Assembly (NCBI GenBank): GCA_965217045.1
Contig: CBDCHF010000007.1
Coordinates: 211,825-275,824 of the forward strand
Origin: Vicinamibacterales bacterium
GTDB lineage: Bacteria; Acidobacteriota; Vicinamibacteria; Vicinamibacterales; UBA8438
Length of the DNA stretch: 64,000 bases
Reading direction: 5' to 3'
A program made the position numbers and the translations under genes. Of the stretch, positions 42,145-50,796 are shown one piece after another. The notes under the pieces are model-generated. The model worked only from the letters and a program-made list of their open reading frames with translations, was not told the DNA's origin and searched no databases. Positions within the stretch are counted from its first letter, which is position 1, and every line of letters begins with the position of its first letter.

Positions 42145-44110
42145 GCGGAAGTTTCGGTGCTGATCGCGTGTAAGTCCCTGTTGTTGTGGTAGTTGTCTGG
42201 TTTCATGGGGTGTCGGTGGTGGCTACATTCGCGGTGTCACCCCCAGGAGCTCGAAGCAGCGCTGCTGGAGCGGCGTGGGCTTGGTCTGCAGCGTGAAGGT
42301 GGCGCCGCCGCTGGCGACCTGCATCGTGTTGGCCGCCAGCGTCCCGAGGTCGGCGAGCAGCGTCCGGAAGCTGTGCCCCGGCAGGTCGTCGTCGGTGCGT
42401 TTGCGGCGGGCCTTGGCCAGGGCCGCGGGCGAGCGGCGGGCGGGGGCGACCACGGAAGTGCGTTGCTGCTCGGCCGCGGCCGGGTCGTGGTCGTCGAAGA
42501 GCAGCGGTGCGAGGGCCCGGCGCATGTGCCACTCGACGTAGTAGGCCAGCATGCACAGCAGGACGTGGGCGCGCACCCGGTCCGCTCGCCGGTGGTGGAG
42601 CGGCCGCACCTTCAGGTCCACCGACTTGAAGCAGCGAAACGCGCGCTCGACCTTCGACAGGTCCTTGTAGGCACGGACCGTCTGCGTTGCGTCGAATTGC
42701 TCCGGCTCGACGTTGGACCGGACGATGTAGATCCCGTCGAGCTGTTTCTCGGTCGCGATCTTGTCCTCGTTCCGGCGAAACGTGAAGCGCTCGTCGGTGA
42801 TCTCGGTCACGAAGTGCTTGGCCATCTTGTAGCGGTTGATCACCTTCCCGACGCGCACGCCGATGGCCGCCGCGCCGCGTAGCGGTTTGTTCTCGCGCCG
42901 GGTCGCGGCCGCGATGGTCTCGAGGTCCTTCTCGGTGGCCGCCAGCAGCTCGTGGCGCTTGCGCTGGCGTTCGGCGGCCAGCAGCGGATTGCGGCACACG
43001 ATGAGCCGCTCGCCGGGGAACTCCTCGCTGGTGACCTCGGCCAGGTCCCGCTCGTCGAACAGTGACGGCGTCACCGTGCCGGCATTGACGAGTTTGCGGA
43101 TGGTCGGTGCGCGCAGCGTGGTGATCCAGCGCAAGCCGTCGACGCCTTGCAGGTCCTCGCGGATACGCGCCGCCGTCAGCATCCCCCGGTCGCCCACCAG
43201 CACCACCCGCTCGAGTCCGAACCGCTCGCGCAGCTTCGCCACCTGACTGGCCACCGTCTTCGGGTCGCTCGTCGAGCCCTCGAAGACCTCGACCGCGACG
43301 GGACAGCCTTCGGCCGTGCACAACAGCCCGAAGACGATCTGCAACGTGCCCTTCTTGCCGTCGCGGCTGTGCCCGCGTTGGGCCAACGGGCAGTGGGTGC
43401 CCTCCACATAGCTCGACGTCAGGTCGTAGAGCACCAGCGTGTGCTCCTGCAGGTGCCGTTTCGCCAAGCGCTGCTCGATGCCCGCCTGCCGCTGCACGAG
43501 CCAGTCCATCGCCGCGTACAGCTCATGTTGATCCACGTCGCCGAGCCCGAGCGCCTCGCCCAGGGTTGAGACGGCGCTCTCGGGCGTCAGCGCACGGGCG
43601 GTGGCCAACTTCGACTGCGCGTCGATGACGCGCGCCACAATCAGCGCCATGACGAGGTCGCGGACACGACTGCCGCCGCGGGCGATCAGGGTGTCGAGTT
43701 CGAGTTGCTTGAGCACGCCGAGCACGGCGGCGATGTGACCGTGGGGCAGGCTGCGAACGCAGGTGAAGACCTCCTCCGGGGCGACGAGGCGTTCGCCGCG
43801 CAGGACTCGACGCACCGCTTCGACGGCGGCGGCCGGCAGCTTGGACAGGTTGGCGAGGGTGCGTTTCTTGACCCGCCCGCGGTCGCGGTAGGACTCGCGC
43901 AAGAGCACGGCTGGCGGTGAGGAGCGATTGGGTACGCTCTCAACATACATGGTTACACATAATACAAACAATATCCTTTATACAGCAACACTACTCACAT
44001 GGAAGCCGCTATATACATGGCTACAACTCATCACGCACACCATGCCCCTGCGCTCATAAACCCCTTTAGAAACTAGAGGTTAAGACAGACTGGGCCGCTG
44101 AAACTTCCGA
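42145..44110 (-). mobile_element. IS1634-family element
   Basis: IR cores CGGAAGTTTC / GAAACTTCCG; TTAG at both flanks. Confidence 0.85.
42223..43950 (-). CDS. IS1634-family transposase
   Basis: LLRESYR..KRTLANLS, YDLTSSY, GHSRD, VGDRGM, YKDLSKVERAFR. Confidence 0.93.
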   Translation of the reverse strand: MYVESVPNRSSPPAVLLRESYRDRGRVKKRTLANLSKLPAAAVEAVRRVLRGERLVAPEEVFTCVRSLPHGHIAAVLGVLKQLELDTLIARGGSRVRDLVMALIVARVIDAQSKLATARALTPESAVSTLGEALGLGDVDQHELYAAMDWLVQRQAGIEQRLAKRHLQEHTLVLYDLTSSYVEGTHCPLAQRGHSRDGKKGTLQIVFGLLCTAEGCPVAVEVFEGSTSDPKTVASQVAKLRERFGLERVVLVGDRGMLTAARIREDLQGVDGLRWITTLRAPTIRKLVNAGTVTPSLFDERDLAEVTSEEFPGERLIVCRNPLLAAERQRKRHELLAATEKDLETIAAATRRENKPLRGAAAIGVRVGKVINRYKMAKHFVTEITDERFTFRRNEDKIATEKQLDGIYIVRSNVEPEQFDATQTVRAYKDLSKVERAFRCFKSVDLKVRPLHHRRADRVRAHVLLCMLAYYVEWHMRRALAPLLFDDHDPAAAEQQRTSVVAPARRSPAALAKARRKRTDDDLPGHSFRTLLADLGTLAANTMQVASGGATFTLQTKPTPLQQRCFELLGVTPRM

Positions 44111-45505
44111 TTAGGGGAGAATTCGAATGTCGAAGGAGGTAGGGGACATGGTTCGGTCGAGGCGTGTGACGTGTGAAGGGAGCTGGGTCGGCGCGGACGG
44201 AGGGAGCCCGCAGGGCGCCCGGAGTCGGCGCCGACCCAGCTGCGGTTGGCGCGGGGGCCTTGGCGCCCGGGCAACGGTGGAGCGCGAGCCGCAAACGGGA
44301 CGTGGCTGTGCAGGCTGCTGCGCGGCGAGTCGCTGGACACGGTCTCGCGTGAAGTCGGGGTAGAGCTCTATCGCCTGGAGGCGTGGAAGACCCGGGCGCT
44401 GGCCGGTCTCGAGCTCAGTCTGAAGGCGCAGGCCGGTGAGCCGCTGGCCGCCGAGCTGGATGCTGCCAAGCGACACATTGGCGAGCTGTCGATGGAGAAC
44501 GAGCTGTTGCGCGAGCGTGCCCGTGCAGCGGAGCGTCGCCTCCCTTTGACGTCGCGGAGGTCGCAACGATGAGCGCAACGACCTCCGCGACGTCGGGGCG
44601 GCGCTATGGTCTCGAGCGGGTGTGTCGACTGTGGGAACGGTCGCGCTCGGCGCTCTACGCGCGGGGTGCTGGCCCGGGGCGCCGCGGGCCAACGCCCGCG
44701 CTGTCGGATGCGCAGTTGCTGGCGGCCATTCGCAGCGACCTGGCCCGCTCCCCGTTCCAGGGCGAGGGGCATCGCAAGGTCCACGCGCGGCCGCGGATCC
44801 TCGACGGGGTGCGGGTCTCCCGGACGCGGGTGTTGCGCGTGATGCGCGGGCAGGGGCTGCTCTCGCCCCACCGCGGCCGGCAGGGTGACCCCAAAGCGCA
44901 CGACGGGACGATTGTCACCACGGCGCCCGACGTCATGTGGGGCACCGACGGCGTGCGGGTGTTCACGGCCGACGAGGGCTGGGTCTGGACCTTCGCGGCG
45001 GTGGACCACTGCAACGCCGAGTGCGTGGGCTGGCATGTGTGCAAGGTGGGGAGCCGTTTCGCGGCCCTCGAACCGGTCGCGCAAGGGCTCCGGCGACTCT
45101 ACGGTTCGGTCGAGGCGGACGTGGTGCGCGGGCTGGCGCTACGGTATGGACCACGGCAGCCAGTACCTGTCGGACCACTTCCTCAACCAGCTTCGGTACT
45201 GGGGCATCCACCCCAGCTTCGGCTTCCTCGAAGAGCCGGAAACCAACGGGGTCGTCGAGCGCTGGAGCCGTCGCCGCGGCCGATCGCACGCTCAAGGAGC
45301 AAGCTGTCTACGGCCGGGTCTTCCGAAACCTGGCCGAAGTGCGCGCCGCCGTCGCCGGGTTCGTCGAACGCTACAATCGGTCCTGGCGCCTCGAGAAGCT
45401 GGCGTACCGCACGCCGCTCGAAGCGCGCGAGGAACACGAGCTGCGTCAAGCCGCGTAGCGTAAACGGGTGTCCAAGAAACCGGGTGCGGTACACCGGAAC
45501 AAGAC

Positions 45506-45557
45506 GACAATGTATGACAATTTGCAACTTGTTGCGAAATAGGTAGTGTGCCAAGCT
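45506..45557 (+). promoter_or_regulatory. Direct-repeat operator + putative promoter
   Basis: GACAAT-GTAT-GACAAT, 7 bp, TTGTTG, 17 bp, (TGc)CAAGCT. Confidence 0.55.
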
Positions 45558-45654
45558 GTAAACTGGACCGGAAAGTGTGAATGGCACGCGCGCCTGCGGT
45601 TGGGTTTCGCGCGCCTGGAATCGAAGTCGGTCGGCAGACGGAGGAGAAAGAGCC

Positions 45655-47139
45655 ATGGCGTGTGATACTCGATGGAAGCTGATCTCGCATGGCGTACTGG
45701 CAGCGGTCGTCGCGGCTATTATCCTGGCGGTGCAGGCCCCCGCGTTCGCGGGGCAGACCGCGCCGCATGAGGAGGCTACGGTTACCGAGGAAGTCACGTT
45801 CACCAAGGACATCGTGCCCATTCTGCAGCGAAGCTGCCAGAATTGCCATCGGCCGAACGCGATCGCGCCGATGTCGCTGATCAACTACTCGGAAGTACGT
45901 CCGTGGGCGAGAGCCATAAAGTACCGGACCGCGCTTCGGGGGCAGCCGGGGGCGATGCCGCCGTGGTTCGTCGAAAAGGACATCGGCATTCAGCAGTTTC
46001 AGAACGATCCTTCCTTGAGCGAGGAAGAGATAGTGAAAATTGGCACGTGGGTCGACAACGGCATGCCGCGAGGCAATCCGACCGACATGCCGCCGCCTAT
46101 CGACTTTCTTGACGCTGACGAATGGGAAATCGGGGAGCCCGATCTCATCATTCAGACCGCGAGCGTCAAGCTCGCGGCCAACGATCCCGATTGGTGGGGA
46201 CCGATCGGTGAAGTACCGTTCAATCTGACGGAGGAGCGCTATGTCGCCGCGGTCGAGGCGAAGGAAGTGAGCGACCTGCCGGGCGTGATCGGTACCAAGG
46301 GCGGTGGCAAAATCGTGGGCGGCCGTTTCATTTTCCACCACCTCTGTTGGGGCGCGATCCTGGGTGACGGAGAAACGCGTACAGGGTTCCCTTGTCACGA
46401 AGTCGGGCGGAACGCCGATGTTTTCCCCCCCGAGGTCGGGCGGCGTCTGGATCCAGGGGCGAAGGCCGTCTTTTCTTCCACGCATCTGCACGCCACGACC
46501 GAAGATGCGAGAGCGCACGTCAAGCTTGGCTTCAGGTTGCACCCGAGAGGGTACAAGCCAACGGTCGAGGCACGGTATGCCGGGCTCTTTGGAAACAGCA
46601 TGAACCTGGACGTGCGCCCACTCGAGGCGAACCAGATGTTCGAGGCCTTCCAGGTGCTTGAGGACAACGCGAAGATCGTGTCGTTCGAGCCCCACATGCA
46701 TGCGGCCGGAGTGAGAATGTGCCTCGATGCGATCTCCGGGCGGACGACCCGAATCGAGACGCTGAGCTGCGTGGGGTATGACCACAGCTGGGTCAGGATC
46801 TACAACTACGCCGACGATCACGCGCCGTTGCTGCCGAAAGGCACCATCCTGCGCATGAGGGGCTACTTCGACAATTCGCCGACCAACAGGAACGTCGCCG
46901 ATCCGCGAAACTGGTCGGGGCTGGGCCACCGTTCCATAGACAACATGATGAATCACCTTGGTGAAATCCTCTACATGAACGATGAGGACTTCTCCCAGGA
47001 GATGGTCGAGCGACGCGAAAGACTCGGCATCGAAGACGGGGCCCTAGTGCCCGGGTGCCCGCTGTGCGGCGCGCCCGAGCGGTTGATGACCGCGGATGGA
47101 CCCGCAGAGGCAGTCGCAGAGGCAGGGGCTCAGCAGTGA
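45655..47139 (+). CDS. Cytochrome c + PHM-like copper monooxygenase fusion
   Basis: Signal peptide, CQNCH, MPPW, FHHL, HLH, PHMH, DNMM, C-terminal CPLC. Confidence 0.8.
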   Translation: MACDTRWKLISHGVLAAVVAAIILAVQAPAFAGQTAPHEEATVTEEVTFTKDIVPILQRSCQNCHRPNAIAPMSLINYSEVRPWARAIKYRTALRGQPGAMPPWFVEKDIGIQQFQNDPSLSEEEIVKIGTWVDNGMPRGNPTDMPPPIDFLDADEWEIGEPDLIIQTASVKLAANDPDWWGPIGEVPFNLTEERYVAAVEAKEVSDLPGVIGTKGGGKIVGGRFIFHHLCWGAILGDGETRTGFPCHEVGRNADVFPPEVGRRLDPGAKAVFSSTHLHATTEDARAHVKLGFRLHPRGYKPTVEARYAGLFGNSMNLDVRPLEANQMFEAFQVLEDNAKIVSFEPHMHAAGVRMCLDAISGRTTRIETLSCVGYDHSWVRIYNYADDHAPLLPKGTILRMRGYFDNSPTNRNVADPRNWSGLGHRSIDNMMNHLGEILYMNDEDFSQEMVERRERLGIEDGALVPGCPLCGAPERLMTADGPAEAVAEAGAQQ

Positions 47140-47186
47140 TCCCGTCCCTGGTGCGAGTTCCGAAATCTGACGGAGGAGCCAAGAGA

Positions 47187-48115
47187 ATGGTCATCAAGGG
47201 CAGGCGGATTCTGCGAGCCGCGATCATGGCAGGAGCAACGGTGGCGGCGATGGTTGCCGTCGTGGCTGCCCTGTCATCCGGAATGAGCGCCCAGATCATG
47301 CGCTTCAAGGGGCAGAACGTCGTGCCCGTGTACGAAGGGTGGGAACAGAACCCAGACGGATCTCTCAACCTCCTGTTCGGGTACTACAACCGGAACCATC
47401 TTGAGGAGTTGGATGTCCCGGTGGGTGCGGCGAACCACTTCTCGCCGGGTGAGCCCGATCGGGGACAGCCGACCCACTTCTTGCCGCAGCGGAGCCGGTT
47501 TCTGTTCCGGATTCGTGTCCCAGGTGACTTCGGCGGCAAGGAGCTGGTCTGGACCCTCACGAGCAACGGGAAGACCGACAAGGCGTACGGAACCGTCAAC
47601 GCCGGTTATTTCATCGATGACATTGTCCTCATGAACAACAGCGGCGCCGGCGGCTCTGGCGGCGGCGCCAATGATCTTGAGGGCAACAAGGTCCCGACGC
47701 TGACGATCGAGGGGGAAATGGTTCGGCACGTCGCGGTCGGACAACCCGTCATCCTGACGGCGGTCGCCACTGACGACGGTGTACCGAGCGCGGGCTGGTT
47801 CAACTCTTTGGACGGGGGCACAATCTTGGGGTGCGGTGTTGTCCAGATGCCGCGAGAGGTTTAAGGCTGTCCTGGTTCGTGTATCGAGGTCCCAACACGA
47901 TGGCATTCGAGCCCAAGCAGTTCGACGCCTGGGAGAACTACAGAGACGGGGGGAATTCCCCTTATTCTGCGGGTTGGGAAGTGCCGCCTGTGCCTGCGGG
48001 CAACAGGTGGGTGACCACGACAGTCTTCAGTGAGCCGGGCGAATACGTGTTGCGCTGCTTGGCCCACGATGGTGGCCTCTTCGCATGGGAGGACGTGACC
48101 GTCGTAGTCGGGTAG
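47187..48115 (+). pseudogene. Exported hypothetical protein (Ig/PKD-like C-terminus), one frameshift
   Basis: RBS GGAGGAG, signal peptide, PVYEGW..FGYYNRN; frame switches near the G-run at ~47827 into WFVYRG...FSEPGEYVLR; could be a sequencing indel. Confidence 0.7.
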
Positions 48116-48128
48116 GCAGCAAGCGCGT

Positions 48129-48162
48129 TGTCGGACGCGCGCGCCGGAGCGCGCGTCCGACA
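48129..48162. terminator. Hairpin between convergent operons
   Basis: Perfect 14-bp stem TGTCGGACGCGCGC / GCGCGCGTCCGACA; no clear U-tract. Confidence 0.6.
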
Positions 48163-48199
48163 CTCCACCTCGTCGTGGCGATGCGATCTCATCAACCAC

Positions 48200-49840
48200 T
48201 CAGTCGGGCAGGCCGAACGTGAACAGCGCATTGCCCGCTGCCGCCGCTATGTACTGGCGTCCGTCCACTTCGTATGAGATCGGCCCGTTGACGATTTGAC
48301 CGCCCAGGCTGGCTTTCCACAACTCCGCTCCATCCGCCGCGTCGAGGGCCACGAAATGTCCTTCGCGCCCCCCGGTAAACAGCAGGTTCGTTGCCGTGGT
48401 CAGAATGCCGCTCGTGGTCATGTCGACCATCGTGTGTTTCCACACGATTTGCCCCGTGTGCGGGTCGATAGCGATGGTCGCCCCATTGCCCGTGGCTCCG
48501 ACGAAGTCATTGATGGGGCTGCCCTTCAGGAACGGGGGCATTGGCACGTTCAAGACGGGCGACGACACGCCGCCGCCCGTGAAACTCTGACCGGCCGTAT
48601 ACGCCTGCTCGACTGGGCGGACGATGACCGCGTAGTCTTCCCACACCGAGACGTAGAAAAGCCCGGTCCGCGGACTGTACGATGGGGAGTACCAATTCGT
48701 GCCCCCGAACGAGCCGGGAAACGTAGGAGTCCCCGGCGGCTGGGGGGTTGGAACGGGTCGTCCGTTCTCGTCCAATCCAGCGGCCCAATTCAGATCGACG
48801 AAGGGAGAACCGGCCAGAAACTCGCCGGTCAACCGATCCAGCACGTAGAAGAATCCGTTGCGGTTGGCCCACATCATCAGCTTGCGTGGCGCGCCGTTCC
48901 ACGTGGTGTCCACCAGGACCGGCACTTGCGTTGCGTCGTAATCGTACGGATCGTTAGGGGTGAACTGAAAGTACCATTCGAGCGCCCCGGTATCCGCGTC
49001 GAGCGCAACGACCGAGTCGGAGTACAGATTGTCTCCGGGTCGTTGGTCCGGGTTCCAATCCGGTCCCGGGTTGCCGACTCCCCAGTACGTGAGATTCGAG
49101 GCGGCATCGTAGGAACCGGTCACCCAGACCGGAGCCCCACCGGTTCTCCAGTCGTTGCCGCGCCACGTGCTGTGGCCCGGGTCGTCCGGGCCGGGCACTG
49201 TGTAGAAGCGCCACACTTCATTGCCCGTCGTCGGATCGTGCGCCGCGATGAAGCCGCGAATCCCGAACTCTCCTCCGGCGACTCCCACGACGACCTTGTC
49301 GTTGATCACGAGCGGCGCCAGAGTCATCGCATAGCCTTCCTCGGGATCGGCGACTGGAACCTCCCACAAGGGGTTCCCATCCCTCGCATCGACTGCGACC
49401 AGCCGCGCATCAATCGTGGCCATGAACAGCGTGTGGCCCAGCATGGCCAGGCCTCGATTTATTCGCCCGCAGCAGGGCCGGGCGGTCGGGAGCGGCTCGT
49501 AGGAATAGATCCAGAAAAGCCGGCCGGTCTTCGCGTCAAGCGCCACGACGTCGTTCGGCGGTTGGGTCAGATACATGATGCCGTCGACCACGAGCGGCGA
49601 CGCCTCGAAGCTTTGCAGAGACTGGGCCTGAAACACCCACTTCAATTGCAACCGCTCGACGTTCGACTTGTCGACCGCCGTCAACCGGCTGTGCCGTTGG
49701 CTCATGTAAGTGCCGGAGTAGCTGAGCCAGCTCTCAGGTTCGTCGGCGGCATCAAGGAGACGCTCGGCAGTGACCTGGGCCAAGCCGTGCAGCGAAAATA
49801 CAAACAAGAGGCACACCGCAATTAGCATGCGGATGACCAT
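48200..49840 (-). CDS. PQQ-dependent alcohol dehydrogenase (methanol/ethanol family)
   Basis: Signal peptide, PCCGRINRG vicinal Cys, GGEFG, GNPGP, DPYDYD, NRNGFFY, GGTNW. Confidence 0.92.
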   Translation of the reverse strand: MVIRMLIAVCLLFVFSLHGLAQVTAERLLDAADEPESWLSYSGTYMSQRHSRLTAVDKSNVERLQLKWVFQAQSLQSFEASPLVVDGIMYLTQPPNDVVALDAKTGRLFWIYSYEPLPTARPCCGRINRGLAMLGHTLFMATIDARLVAVDARDGNPLWEVPVADPEEGYAMTLAPLVINDKVVVGVAGGEFGIRGFIAAHDPTTGNEVWRFYTVPGPDDPGHSTWRGNDWRTGGAPVWVTGSYDAASNLTYWGVGNPGPDWNPDQRPGDNLYSDSVVALDADTGALEWYFQFTPNDPYDYDATQVPVLVDTTWNGAPRKLMMWANRNGFFYVLDRLTGEFLAGSPFVDLNWAAGLDENGRPVPTPQPPGTPTFPGSFGGTNWYSPSYSPRTGLFYVSVWEDYAVIVRPVEQAYTAGQSFTGGGVSSPVLNVPMPPFLKGSPINDFVGATGNGATIAIDPHTGQIVWKHTMVDMTTSGILTTATNLLFTGGREGHFVALDAADGAELWKASLGGQIVNGPISYEVDGRQYIAAAAGNALFTFGLPD

Positions 49841-49905
49841 GAGCCGTCCTTTCCTTCAAACTGTCTTTTCGGTTCCCGGTCGCGCTGCGTTCCTCAGCGC
49901 CGTAC

Positions 49906-50718
49906 TCAGCGGACGGCGTTCAACGACTGCAGGTACGCGACGATGTCCGCGAGCTCGGTAGCCGTCAGGCGGTCTCCATAAGGGGGCATTGACGAGCGTT
50001 CGAGCACGGTCATGTCCCGCAGATCGGCCTTCATCAACGAGATGAGACGTCCCTCTTCGCCCATGAGCTGGATCGAGTAGGTGTCTTCATTCAGGCGCCT
50101 GCCGGTTATGGTGCCGCCGTCTCTTGTGACCGCACGGATCTCGCGGTTCAGAGGAACGATCGCGGCAGAGGGGTTCAGGAGCGACGCCAGCAGCGCGGAT
50201 CCGGATCGCATCGCCCCGATGCGGGACAGATTTGGTCCTTGAAATCCCCCCACGCCGCGGACCCGGTGACATCCGCCGCAGTCGGCTTTTCCGTGAAACA
50301 GCGCGCTCCCTCGCTTGGCATCGCCGATTGAGAGCGGAGCGGAGTCGCTGCTCGTCGTCGGATCCAGCGGCGCCGACCGCAGGTACGCGACAAAGGCGGT
50401 CAGCTCATCCATGCCGTAGTCGCCCTGAGGCATGCCGACCTCGGGAATTCCGTTCCTGATCAGACCGGCCAACTCTTCGTCTGAGCCTGCCCGGCTGAAT
50501 CGACCGCTGAGCAGATTGACACCAGGCACCTGGTTGCCGGCGTTCCCGTGGCAGCCGGTACATTGCGTGTTGAAGAGTCGGGCTCCCCGCTGGACGTCGG
50601 CGAGCGCGTACTCACCGACATGAGGCTGTGCGGCCGACAAACCGCCGGCTGCGATCGCGGAGAAGAGGAACAGGGCAGCGAACCAGATCGAGGCGCTTTT
50701 TTTCCAGCCGGTCGTCAT
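49906..50718 (-). CDS. Dihaem c-type cytochrome
   Basis: Signal peptide, CTGCH and CGGCH, GPNLS, SMP, IVAYLQSL. Confidence 0.88.
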   Translation of the reverse strand: MTTGWKKSASIWFAALFLFSAIAAGGLSAAQPHVGEYALADVQRGARLFNTQCTGCHGNAGNQVPGVNLLSGRFSRAGSDEELAGLIRNGIPEVGMPQGDYGMDELTAFVAYLRSAPLDPTTSSDSAPLSIGDAKRGSALFHGKADCGGCHRVRGVGGFQGPNLSRIGAMRSGSALLASLLNPSAAIVPLNREIRAVTRDGGTITGRRLNEDTYSIQLMGEEGRLISLMKADLRDMTVLERSSMPPYGDRLTATELADIVAYLQSLNAVR

Positions 50719-50796
50719 CGCTGCGACCTCATGATTAAAGGTCGTGAACGGCCCCGGGGCTCCCTTCCGGAAAACACCGGGGCGGTTCTGGTACTC

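Larger units (their letters stand above)
42111..45493 (+). mobile_element. Degenerate IS3-family element carrying a nested IS1634
   Basis: IRs TGGGGCGCCCCCAGTTTTCTTGGACAC / GTGTCCAAGAAACCGGGTGCGGTACA; frameshifted orfA (~44127-44572) and orfB (44569-45458). Confidence 0.85.

Noticed and set aside
45582-45597. Sigma54 promoter TGGCACG...TGC
   Set aside because: GG-to-GC spacing is 11 nt rather than the required 10
47820-47835. Programmed frameshift or phase variation here and at ~26488 and ~34775
   Set aside because: Short homopolymers without stimulatory signals; decay or sequencing indels are simpler and need read-level checking
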